Source of the DNA: Eutreptiella sp. 'Long Island Sound 2002'
Lineage: Eukaryota > Protista > Euglenida
Direction of reading: 5' to 3'
Assembly (NCBI GenBank): GCA_964036045.1
Contig: OZ038378.1
Span: forward strand, 193,812,001-193,876,000
Length of the DNA: 64,000 nucleotides
The stretch's first letter is position 1. Every line of letters starts with the position of its first letter. Below are positions 36,857 to 48,780 of this stretch, piece after piece. The translations under genes and the position numbers were made by a program. The notes beneath the pieces are model-generated. The model saw only the letters and a list, made by a program, of their open reading frames with translations, did not search any database and had not been told where the DNA came from.

Positions 36857-38234
36857 ACGAGCAACATCGTGCATGCCGGAAGGTACCAGCCTGTGCCCCC
36901 CCTAGACAGCGCAACAGTGTCCCCCACCCCTGGGGGTAACTGTCACCAAATGGCAGTGCCCACCCCCTCCAAAGGCTATGCACTAGGACCCGTGCCCACA
37001 CCGTGCCTCTGTATGCGTGCTTGTATTCTGCAGAGGCTCGTGCAGCTTGGCGATTCGCAGGAAATTTTTGGATGCTTCCCAGTTATTCCTGTGCGCTTGT
37101 GGCCCATTCCTGCTAATTCCTGGAGGCTGCTGGATGCTTGCCGTTCATTCTTGGCGGCCTCTGGGGGAAGAAGAGTCGGTAATGGCTGCCACCCAGCAAA
37201 TTGACAGCATGTGACAAGTAATGACAGCTGCCCCTTCATGGACACTTGCCATGTGTTTGCTGTTCATTCCGGGTGGTGGCTGGATGTTCACTAGTACATC
37301 CTGAAGGTCAGGTTGTGTGTTTACTCATGCTCCAAAGTACCAGCAGCTCAGTTGCCAACAATGCTCAGGGAGCAATTCATGATGGTTGCTGGATGCTGAC
37401 TGTCTATTCCAAGAGGCCTCTTGATGTTTGCCGTCATCTGGATGGTACTATTAATTCTGGAAGGCCATAATGGCTGTTTGCAATGCTCTTGAATACCAGC
37501 AACTCACGTGCAGAGAGCAATTCCCTCCTCTGGACAAACGATTTTCAACACCCTCTGTACAACAGTTTCTAGCGCCCTCCACTTTACAAACAAGACATAG
37601 CACCCTCCTGTGTACAAATGATGTATTGCACCCTAAACAACAAGGTGTGCCTGAAGACCCCAGACTTGGTCAGGGTCGCTTTCTTCGCGGCACGATCCCG
37701 CACCATGTGGCTCTGTGTGTAATGTTCAGTCTCGAGGCACCGGCTTGTCGGGAGCATGGTGGGTGGCTGGAGGGTTGAACCACCTTTCCCCCTCATGGTG
37801 GCTGGTATTGATTCAGTAAAAGATTGCCCCACTCTAAACTTCATGAGAAACTGCGTAAGAGCCACACAGAGCCACATTGAGGCACCCAGAGCCCCAGAGA
37901 GCCATGCAGCCCTGCATACAGAACCACACATAGCAACCCAGAACACACAGAGAGCTACCCTACTCCGCTTTGACACCCCCTCCCCCTGCGTGCCCCACTC
38001 GGGCGAGGTCCAAGGTCCACACCGGGGAACACTCTTCAGGGGTGCAGGTGCTGGAGAGTGAGCAAGTTCGAGTACATTGTGAGGGTGTGGCTCACCCGCC
38101 CTTCCACAGTCCCCTGGGCTACTGAGCATAGTTAACCATCCAAATGTCCAAGTGGCACACTAGAGGCTGTGGTGATCGCTTCACCCAGGTCTCCGCATTT
38201 CTTGGACACCTCAGATGCACCTCCCACCTCTCAC

Positions 38235-38325
38235 GCATGTCTCTCTCAGGACACACAACTCCTAGACGCATGTCTCTCGCAGGACACAAGACTCCAAGAT
38301 GCATGTCTCTTGCAGGACACATGTC
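38235..38325 (+). repeat. 33-bp tandem repeat x3
   Basis: gcatgtctct(c/t)(t/g)caggacac units start at 38235, 38268 and 38301. Confidence 0.85.
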
Positions 38326-41300
38326 TTTTTCCAATACCATCGCACCCCTGTTCTTCACTTCCAGCTATGCAGTCATGGAACTGGTCTGGTACTCAGATTT
38401 TTCTTAGGGAGTGTGACACAGACCCTGCCAGAGTGCAGGAACAAGATTCTCGGGCACAGCCGATGCAGGAGGGGAGAGCATATGCTCTGAACTCTACTGA
38501 GCGCATTGGGCACATAGTGTTTCCATGTTGTGTGGTTGTTTTTTGGACTACCAAGCCATGGGATATCCCCTGTTTTTGTTCGCTGCCATGCAGGCTGTTT
38601 GGAAACTGTGAAATTTTCATGACACCCGTGCGCACTGCCATCAATAGCCCATGTTTTGAGGTTTACATCCACTGTTGATGACTGCCCAACCATTGTTGGT
38701 TACCCCCAAGCTGTTGGGCTCTGTAAGGACGCGGGAGACAGTTTTTTCTTCTTTGCTGCTAAAGCAATGTAATTGGTTGGTACATCTGCACAGGAGGGTG
38801 CTATCTACCGTTTGTACACGGGAGGGTGCCATATATTGTTTGTACAATAGAACATACCCATGATTTACATGCTGAGAACACGCAGTTTCCTTGTGCCCCT
38901 GCGCCACCCCTGACCGCCCATGCATGCGAATCAAACCAAATCAATACCGGGCTCTTGCACCCTTCTGGTCTGGCAACAAAAACCAAAAGGTTGTGGACAG
39001 TTTGCAAAGCTGATGCTTTTGCCAATGCATTGGGTCAGGCAGTGGCGTAACGCATCCACTGGTGGGGTACACTACAGGCATGACACATGAGAGGCAAAAC
39101 TTCGACGCCTTCATCCTGCGCGACTTGTTACATTGTGCACTGGCATACCCCAGTACTATTGAGTGTGACCAGTTGCTGTCTCAACAAAAGTCCCCGGGCG
39201 CGGACAGCCTACAGGCGGGGACGAGAACACGTCAAGCCAGCTCCGGAGGCGAAAATGATGCCCAGCCGCATCACACAACACACTGGGGGGGGGCAAAACC
39301 TGACACAGATGAAGGCGGTCTTGGAGGTTCGAGGCCTTGCGGCTGTGCACATGACTGAAAGAAGTGACAGCCGCCGTAGATGTGGGCGTTGCGCGTGCTT
39401 GTGCAACGACAAACCCCATCATCCCAGAGCAAACGCCACTACACCCTCCGTTGGAAGAATCAAAGCAGCTGCCACTTGGGTCAAATTAAAATGCTGGATT
39501 AGGTACAGTCAGCAATTAGACCTGAGTGAGGCTTGGCTGGTACATCTGCTTTGCCACCTCACATAATGATGCAAGCGTGAAGATCAAGTGCCTGTCCGGC
39601 CGCATGATTGGGCATTGAGAGGCAAGCTTAGTGCTGGGCACTGCGAGATGTGCGGGCGGGCCCTGCAGCTTTCTGAGTAAAACGCACCCAGGGTATCGAA
39701 TTGAGCTGCTTGCAACGCACACGGCCCCCATGAGTGGCCATGAGTGCAACCTGAACGCCAGCCCGGGCCCGGGCCAGAGGCTAGGGCTGCACAGACCGAG
39801 GAATGATGTAGTGTATGAGGGCGCCCCCTAAGTTAAAAAACAGGGAGGAAAATGTGGGTGACCATACGCTCAGCCATATTCTTGCGGTAACCGACCGCGC
39901 CTGGGCGGCAGCCGACGGCGGTTGGAGGGCAACCGGCGGCGGTTGAGCAGTTGTTTCGGCGTATGCCGTGTGCGGAGGGGTGTGTGCCAACAGTGCACCA
40001 GCACCCCCACCCGCACCACCTGTGCTCTATTGGCGCGTGCCCACCCGCCCCCACGAATGAAAGGCTGGGCACGCACTGGCAGCGCAAAAGACAGATGCTC
40101 GTCAGTGGCCAATACAGGGCCATAGGTACCTTTCTGCTAAAAAGGAATCGGCGGATCAATGCCTGGTGGCAGGCCACTGGTGAGTACGCACAGGCTGGCC
40201 CGCTCTCGTCCCTCCGTTGCGCCAACAAAGGTTGGTGCCCTCCTGGCGCAAATGCTGCACGCCGGCAAACTTGAAAAGAAATCCTGTCTACAACATGCAG
40301 ACGGTGGCTACAACCAGCAAACCGCGTAAACGTGCAGTGTCTATAATGTACAATGCCTACAAACTACAGTCGTCCTGCGGGATGCCTTCTATCACCACTG
40401 CTGCACACTGACACTTCGTTGGCAAACTGGGGGTGGAGGCGCAAGCACCGAAAGATGGGGCATGGCGTCTCCCACGGAAGAAGCGGTTGCCCGTCTTTCA
40501 AAGGCCTGGGAGAGATCCAAAAAAACACCAAAGTCACTTCCAGAAGCCCACGCCGACAGTTGCAGCCGCGTCCGGTGGCATCTGCCACAGGGTTGCCCTC
40601 ACATCTGGCGGAGCCCGGCAAAGAAAAGCCGCTTAACACAGGGCGCAGGGGTCCCGGATCACCAAGTGTCCGGGGGGGGGGGGAGGAAGCCGACCACCGG
40701 GTGCACCACAACACAAACGCGTCAGCGCCGGTGGCCCTGTGCCAACGGACCGCAGACAAGCAGCAGTGCCAACATCACAGCAGCAGCGAATACCAAAGGA
40801 GCGCGGGCCCATGAACACCTGCCAACACCACAAAATCGGGGGAAACAAGGCACTGCATGCGCACTGTGTGCGTACTGCGTGGGCATGTGTTGATGGACCC
40901 CGTACCCAACCAATGACCAAGGCAAAAGCACCACAACACAATCCATCGTCGTCATGATCTTCCCCGACAGGCATCCTCGGCTGCTTATGAGCCGTGACAT
41001 TGCTTTACCGCCAGAGCAGCACGGGGCTTGAAACAGGGTCCCGGTGCTTCCGCTGGTACAAACACTCTGCTCTGCGTGCACCTTTGTTGCTGAAACCCAT
41101 GAATCCCATGACCTCTTGAGGCACAAAACTTGCACCAAACCACATCATCGTCGTCGTCTCCTGCGGAGGCATCCTCATCTGCCCATGACCCAATAACACT
41201 GCTTCATGCGGAGAGCGGAGTGACGAGTGAAATGGGGTCCCGGGACTTGCGGCACCGCGCGTGGGCACTGCATTTGCAAAGGAATCCCCGTGAGTGGCCA

Positions 41301-43526
41301 ATGGAGAAGAGACGGGCCTGCGAAGAAATCATGGGACATCGGACTGAGACCGCAGTTCAATGACATTTGCAGACAACTTCTGACGGAGAAAGGAGAGCCT
41401 CCGAATGTGGGCGCAGATGAACACCGGGGCCCATGCGGTGGGAGGACGGTATGACTGCGCGTGACGTGCATTATCAAAACAGAACAGGCCCGCCCAACGG
41501 CAGACATGATCCGACGAAGGCCCATGCAACTGAGCCCTGCGTGGAACGCGCCTCATTCCGACCGAGTTCAGCTCCCCAACGCACGGGTGTCACAAGTCCG
41601 GTCCAAACCGTGTACGCCACAGACCCTGACCGTGACCTTTGTGGGGGTGGGCACATCCGCCCGTGGCGGGTCCAGGCCACCAGCAGCGATGCATCTTCGG
41701 CAAGGCTGGAGACGCGAAAGGAACAAAACGGGGGGATGCTGCCGCGGGCATACCGCTGCACGCCATACCACGGCAGGCGGCAGGCGGTACAACACGAAAA
41801 GCACCTTTTGGGGGGAACAATTGCACAAATCGCCAGTGAGAGCCCGCAGGACCCTCGACACAGCTACCGATCCCCCAGGGGGGGCGTTTCTGCACAGCGC
41901 GCGCGCAGCGCCCAACAGCAAGTTAGCTCTCCCGTGACCACCCTGAAAACTACCCACCACCGGGGAAGCTACGTCCACAGGGCAAAAACAGCAGATTTAG
42001 ACAGCAATCTGGCATTATTTATGGGGGAAATAGTTTGTGTAAATCATTATCTGAGTTTGTGGACTGAGTAAGAATCTGAGCAGTCCTGTGTCTGGGAATA
42101 CAGTAGGACCTGCGGTCACCTTGGCCATCGGGGAAAATGGGTCCAAAATAGCCTACTTTTCGCACAGCGCGGGCACAGCGCACGGTGAGCCCCCTAAGGC
42201 CGTCCTTAGTGAACAAAAAGGGCGGGGGGCGGGGGGATGTCTCATTCTGAAAGGACAGGTCCGGTGCGGGGGCCGCATGTCGGTAGCATGGTTGAGGGAC
42301 TGGTGCAGGGCCGACCCACAGGCTGTTCTGAAGCCCAGCCCCGGGGGCTCTGTCATGACCGACCCCAGCGCCCCTCCGGTCCACACACAGGCACACAACC
42401 CACCCCAGCTCCCACGCAGCCCCCTCAACACTGCTGGTGGCAGTGGGGGTGGGGCGATGACCCTGTGCACCTGCATCGGTGCATGCTCATGCCGGAGTGT
42501 AGTGTGCATCAGGTGCACACAGCCACCCCCCGGTCGCCAAAGGGTGCGCTTGACGGGGAGGCGGGCTATTGCGGGGTTTCACGGGTGGTTTCAAAGGCGG
42601 CTCCCGGCGGTTGGCACAAGCGGTTGGGATGCAATGTCTGGTGGGTGCAGGCCAATTGAAGGGCCGTGGAGGGCGGTTGGCAGGGCTGACGGCCTCCCCA
42701 AAGAGGGAGGCCACAGCGAGTCTGCGTTCCTTCTGTTTCGACAATTGTAAATCGACCGGGAGCGTCTGGTCTGAGGTCACGAGACATAAAAAGACCGCAT
42801 TTCAGTGAAATCTGCGCAGGACTTTGCCTGAAAAAGCTGCTGCTGGGGAGCCTCCAAGCGTCCCCAACAAAAGTTCACGAACCCATTGTCACACCGGCAT
42901 CCCCGCGAAACACACCGGCCACTGGCGTCCGCCACGGCGACATGACAAGACGAAGCACGCTCCCACTTGAGCCATGCGTTGAACGCAGCTAAGCCCTACA
43001 GAGCTCCAGGTGTGAAATCAGTGGGTATTGCTGAGTGACACGCGCGACGGGGCTGAGGCTGATTCGGGCGTGCGCTCGAAGGGGAGGGGAGCCACAGCGC
43101 AGAGCAGCGAACGCCTGTAAACTCAGCTGGTGACAACTGAGAGAGCGGTTACAGGAGCGAGCGGTTACAAAGCGGTTGAAATTGCAGTTGGAGTTGGAAG
43201 GAAGCGGTTGGGGAGGGCCTAATACTTATTCCAGAGAGAACGGGGGGGGGTCCCCCTTCGGGTGCAGGCCTGGGCTCATTCCATTCCTAACCAGGGATAA
43301 GGTGAAGTGAGGTTGCCCCAGCGATCTCCGAACGCCACCCTTTACCCCTCGCAGGGTCCTTCCGGCGGGTGGGATCACTGATACCCAAGTGCCCTGGACA
43401 GCCATGTTTCCGGCTTCCAGGGTTTCGAACTGGGCACCTCCGGGCCAGGCGTCAAGTGCATGACGGCTGAACTACGCAACCTCTCCAGTGCCGGGCGTTG
43501 GTGGCGTATCTGCCAGAACACATGTC

Positions 43527-43835
43527 CTACCCCAGAAGGGGCGTCCCAGTCAGGGCTTCCTGGACAAGTGCCAGGAACAGGCCCAGCATCGCCGCTCGGC
43601 CATTCACCAGCTCCGAACGAGCATTCCATGTGCCGCCGGACCGCGACCGGGGGTCCACGTTGTACCGTTGCGCACCTCGTAGCTTTGGCATGAGGCTGGC
43701 CAGAGTCACCAGCCCGGCCACCACGGGAACAGCGATGGGGTTGCTGGCAATCTGCTGCACCATGGTCTGCCCTGTTTGGAGCTCGCTGGCCAGGCCCGCA
43801 ACGAATCCTAACTGCGCAGCGCGGCCGTTGATGGT
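43527..43835 (-). CDS. ELIP: ELIP/CBR-type LHC-like protein, terminal exon (three-helix unit)
   Basis: Two LHC chlorophyll-binding motifs: (E)TINGRAAQLGFVAGLASEL and WNARSELVNGRAAMLGLFLALVQEALTG. Acceptor ctcctgtcctctccacag, stop TAG. Confidence 0.9.
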   Translation of the reverse strand, partial: TINGRAAQLGFVAGLASELQTGQTMVQQIASNPIAVPVVAGLVTLASLMPKLRGAQRYNVDPRSRSGGTWNARSELVNGRAAMLGLFLALVQEALTGTPLLG

Positions 43836-45362
43836 CTGTGGAGAGGACAGGAGAAGGTTCGTGACAGGCCCTGGGGGGCTGCGGGGGGGGGGGGGGGGCA
43901 TGACAGACGGCAGGAGCAGGGGGGGGGGGGGGCATGACAGACATTGCGAGTGTGGCATGACGGGCTACGACAGGTGTGAACGCAAGAGGAACGCATCCCC
44001 TGTGGCACGCCCTCGGTAATGATCCCAGAATACAGGCGGAATAGTGCCTCGTACATACACACATTTTCTACACACCGTCTACCCCCCAAACATCATTTTT
44101 TCTCCTATTTTATTGCGACATTTTCCTTTTGGGGCCTCTTTTTTTCACAAATGGTGCACTTGTATTCCTCCCAACTGCCTCCCATGGATTCGTTAACCTG
44201 GAAGGGGAGGGCAAGCAGGCAGCGAGGAAGGGAGGGGACGGTTGCGGGGGGCTGGGAAGGGGAAGTGCAACCTAATCAAGGTGAGCTAAGCGAAGGGGTA
44301 GATGGGCCCTTTGGTAGACTCACCCCCTTGAACACCGCCACCTCCCAAGAACTACTGGATTGCACCCACTCAAAGGCACATCACTTCAAAGAGGAGGGGG
44401 AAGGAGAGGCGATGCAAATTGGTGGGTCAAATACGCACTGCACCAACGCACTGTCACGGCAAAGCACCTGCTGCATATCGGCTGTTCGACCTGTTGTCTG
44501 CGGGCACACAGCACGGCATCAAGGGAGTGTTGCAGGTGACCCAGCCACTCAACGCCCTTCAGTACGGGGCTTTGAAAAGGGGTAAAAGCTACAAGGTGAG
44601 CAAAGCAGGGCTGGGAAGGGGGGGCTGAAGGCTGGTTTGGCACCATGTGGCACAAATGGCATCCAGTGCCATGTTGCCATTTTGGCAATCGTGCTCCTTT
44701 GGCCTGTGCAAGTCGGGGGTGGCAAGAAAACTCACTGGTTGGGGTTGGGGTGTCCTCTACCGCTTGCGGGAGGGGGCTGAGGATCTAGTTCGCCTTACTA
44801 GGGGATCTCCCCCGGTTACGACGACCCCCATTAGCGTTACCTTTACAACCCTGCTTCCTCCTTTCTTCTTCCGCTTTCTTAGACTTTTCTAACTCATGGC
44901 ATTTAGATGGCATTCATCGAGCCCGTGCCTTGTGGAGGCCTCTGCCCATGCGTGCCCTGTGGGGCCCTGTCCGCAGTGATGGTATCCCCTATTTCTTAGC
45001 CCCTCAAAACCCTTGATGGGGCCAGATGCCCCATCAAAAACATCTCTGAATGATTGATTAATTCATGATTGTGTAAACCTCAGATGCTGGTATAGGACCA
45101 TGTGATAAACTGGAGAGGTCCAAATACATATACGTGTGACGTAGACCCCCACGTGGGCCGAACAAGATTTTGCGTGGGGTGCCACCCCCCCCTCCCTGTT
45201 TTGAGGGTTGGTAACACAACAAAAAGGTGTTCTGGAGGGCAGTTAGGGCCTTCCGGGAGGCTTAGTCCTTGGGTTGCCTGAAGCGGGATTCTTGTAGATG
45301 CACCCTTCCTATGTGGCCAGCAGCCTCCGCAGCACAACCCTTCCGCAGAGCAGGGGATGCAC

Positions 45363-45592
45363 CTCTGGCAAAATTCCGTTGAAGGCCATCAGGTCAGCCA
45401 CCGAAGGCTCTTCGCGGACGGATGCCATCTCCGGCATCTCCCCTGATGTGGTGGCCAGGGCGATATTCTGGGATCCCGCAGACAGTGGGCAAGCTAGGCC
45501 ATCGAGGCGATGGCCAACGGAAGAGGCCAGCATCAAAACGCCAGAAGCCACCGCGAGGACCAGAGGGTCATCCTTTTCGCTGGGGAGCTTGC
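45363..45592 (-). CDS. ELIP: ELIP gene middle exon (hydrophobic helix, linker-like NIALATTSGE, then LMAFNGILPE)
   Basis: tgtgcag|GC phase 1; donor GAG|gtgcat phase 0. Splicing yields MAFNGILPE|TINGRAA, matching the ELIP/CBR pattern F-x-G-x-x-P-E-x-I-N-G-R. Confidence 0.85.
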
Positions 45593-47535
45593 CTGCACAT
45601 TGATGCATGTGCGTGATCCGGCCTGCCCTGCCCCGGGACACTGGTAGGGCATCAGCATGCTCAGGGAGTAACCGACCGACTGCACACCCTCCCCATAATG
45701 CATCCCCGCCCAATATTTACCAGGGTGGTCCATAACTTAAAACAGGAAAAAAGAAAAAAGGAAAATGGGTGACCATACAGGCAGTCATATTCGGGCGGCA
45801 GCGGACGGCGGTTCGAGGACAACTGGCGGCGGTTGAGCGGTTGTTTTGGGTGCTCCCTAAGAGGGCTCCTTAGCCCAAAAGAAAAAAAGGAAAGACGGGC
45901 TGATAAAAGAGCGCCCTAGGATTCACACCCACCGTGGCTGGTGAAGCAATGTGCCAGAACTTATCCCCCCCAAAGCAAGCAAACAAAAACATAAGAAGGG
46001 CTTAGAAAGCGAGGGTGATCCCACTACGACAGCCCTGCATCGCCCAGGATCGCATTGTCACTCGCAAAACTCAGTAAATGTTGTTTGTTTCTCGGTGCCG
46101 GAAACCTGGCAGATGCACAGCTACAGCCACTGATTTATTATTACTGTATTTACTGTATTTAGACTGTATTTAGACTCCTATTGGGCAATTGGACGGAGGT
46201 TGTACCCAAGGGACAAGATTCCGGGAGGGGACGGGTCATTGATGCAGTGTCGAGCACACAAACACAATCAGCCAGCAACCTGCTGCACTGGCTGTGGAGT
46301 CCGCAGAATCCTGTAGCTGAATGGATCCCTCTTGAACGATGACATTTTTTTTATTTAGGCTCATCGCATTCTATTGGCCCTCGATGCACCACTCCTTCAG
46401 GGAAGAACCACGCAGACAACTACGAACCAACTCTGGACAAGGAGCCAGACCTGGAGCTAGCGTTTGGCCGTGCAAGTGGGGACAAGCGGCACTGGATTGC
46501 GGTGCAATGCAGCGCAGGCATACGCACCGCCACAACAACACCCAATATGGAGAAAAGACACATAAACATACATGTCCTTGTAGTGTGGGGAAGATGGCGA
46601 CAAGCGTAACTGAAGTTTGCATTACGCGGGGACAACCAGCAACCGTGACACCCTAATCAAGCTTTCCTAGGGTCGCCCTCCTCGCCATCGAGCCTTTCCT
46701 ATGGACCTGGGACGGCCGAAGACCAGTGCCCCCCGTCCAATATTTACGACTGGCATGGTCGGTCGCTGGTCGAAATAACGTCTTTGTTTTCTGGGACAAG
46801 CGCTCGCACCAAGTATGGCATGGGCTTGGGAGTGCTGGACATTGGAGCCGTGGCACAGCACCCTGCACTCCATTCAACACGATTTCATCCGGAATGGCGT
46901 CCGCAACCCTTCAACCAACAAGGACCTCTGCCCCTCCATCAGCGCTTTACAGCCCTCAGCGAATCCTGACCACCAAGTGCAAGAGGTCATGCGCAACTCT
47001 CCACAACCCTCCACATTCGTGTGGTGTGTGTGATGCGGTGCGCTGTGGCATGAGGTCTTTGGAATGCCGAGGGACCCGGTGGCCGTTGCTGTGGGGCGAT
47101 GCAACCGAAAGCACAAGTGTACCCGTCAGGCCCCACCACAGGAAGGTCCTTGACAGCTTTCCGTTACACTTCACCAAAAAAATGATGCCCGCGACAACAG
47201 TGGGCAGCCGTGCCGCACCAGGGCACCAACGGCAGTCAACCACCCACCGACAGTAATCGGCGGGCGGCCAATAGCACTTAGTATTCAATTGATATCCGTT
47301 GGCTATTCCGAGAATGGCAGTGACTGCCTAACCGACAACTTTCGCCAGAGAGCCCCCGTGCGGGTGGCTGACAAGTGCCGGTCTCTGGCGGTTTCACCGC
47401 TGGCGGCTGTCCAGAAACCGCCGGCCGGTTCAGAGCGCCGTCCCCAAGGACGGCCCTTAGCAAAAGATAGTGTGCACGCTCCCCCCCACCCCTCCCCCCC
47501 AACCTTAAACTTGGGCGCTCCGCCCCTTGCCCCCG

Positions 47536-47781
47536 GTCTAAAGTTGGCACTTGGGGGTCTAAACTTGGGGTCTAAAGTTGGCACCGGGGGATCTAAAGTT
47601 GGCACTTGGGGCTCCAAATTTGGGGTCTAAAGTTTGCACTTGGGGGTCTAAAGTTGGGGTCTAAAGTTTGCACTTGGGGGTCTAAAGTTGGGGTCTAAAG
47701 TTGGCACTTGGGGGTCTAAAGTTGGGGTCTAAAGTTGGCACTTGGGGGTCTAAAGTTGGGGTCTAAAGTTGGCACCGGGGG
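47536..47781 (+). repeat. Higher-order minisatellite: 21-bp (ctaaagttggcacttgggggt) + 13-bp (ctaaagttggggt) units, ~7 x 34 bp
   Basis: Read directly from the sequence. Lies in an ELIP intron. Confidence 0.92.
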
Positions 47782-48128
47782 CACTACAACAGCAATCGCG
47801 TCAACAGCATGCGGCAGTGTCTGCGATTGGCAGACCGCGTCTACTGGTGGCACACAGTGTCCACAGACTACAGACAGCCATCCCCATGTGCACGGGCAAA
47901 CGTTGTTGTCAAATCTTTTTTGTGAAGGGGACGTTCCTGAATACCGGCTCTTTGCGTCTACAGCACGCCGACGGTGTGTCTGGGTGTGATCATTGCCGTC
48001 CCCTCCAATGTGGGGGCCGCGAGGGCGACTTTGTGCCATACATGACAAAAACAGCAATAACATCTGGGGCTTGACCAACAGCCCTGCCCTGCCTCCCAGA
48101 CCATCCATCCCGAGGGACAAGTGAGTAC

Positions 48129-48354
48129 CTGCTGCAAGCTCTGAGGCGATCTGAGCCACAAACGCCGAGTCTTCGGCCGTGGCCCCATGCGCATCACTGC
48201 GCCCGGAGGATTGGTGGTCCAGCAGGGGTTGCCACTGCTGGCGGGGGGCAGTCCGGCGCAGCATCGCAGCCAGTCCCACCAAAGCCGTGATGCTTGAGGC
48301 CAACGCGGCCCACACCCAGGGCTGTCGCGTGTCCTGCAGCCAGTGTAGGCGGGG
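48129..48354 (-). CDS. ELIP: ELIP gene upstream exon (plastid-targeting hydrophobic stop-transfer segment); true first exon not located
   Basis: WVWAALASSITALVGLAAMLRR (hydrophobic then basic) resembles the euglenid class I stop-transfer segment. Donor GCAG|gtactc is phase 1, matching the next exon. 5' boundary is tentative (ccccag| at 48355). Confidence 0.65.
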
Positions 48355-48559
48355 CTGGGGATAGGGTTGGGGGATGGGCCCAGGGGCACCATGGGGACTT
48401 ACTTGGGGGCTGGGACGGCCGGCGGCAAAAAGAGAAAACCCCGGGAATCCTGGATTACCTGGTTTAAGCCCAACTGGGGGCGGGGTGCACTTGCAGGCCA
48501 CCGAGAGGGGAGGGAGGGCTTGGGGCTGTGGTGCTGGGGGGCTGGGCTGGGAGGCTTGG

Positions 48560-48780
48560 CAGAGATGCATTAGTAGGGAATGGACCTTGGAGGCTGCCCC
48601 AGAAGCGGTTAGACAGGCGGTTGGAGGAGATTGCCAAAGCGGTTGGGGGCAGTTGCTGTCAGAAACAAATGCCATTGAAGCCGGCACTTGGCGTCAGGGA
48701 GACAGTGGCTGGGCATAGGCTGGGGGGGGGGGGCACTGAGGGGGGGCGGGGGTACCTCCCCCCCTTCCAATGCATCCCTG
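48560..48780. mobile_element. Family-2 MITE in reverse orientation, upstream of the ELIP exons
   Basis: cagagatgcattagtaggg ... cccttccaatgcatccctg, flanked by the direct repeat ggcttgg (7 bp). Confidence 0.8.

Noticed and set aside
41270-41400. Myb-like phrase WPMEKRRACEEIMGHRTETAVQ*HLQ
   Set aside because: Contains an in-frame stop and matches too few residues.
47536-47781. Regular repeat array resembling a CRISPR or a telomeric array
   Set aside because: No unique spacers, eukaryotic context, and the unit is not TTAGGG-like. It is a minisatellite.
19566-48354. Non-canonical (structured, non GT-AG) euglenid introns
   Set aside because: Every intron needed for the three gene models is GT-AG with consistent phases. 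None required a non-canonical junction.
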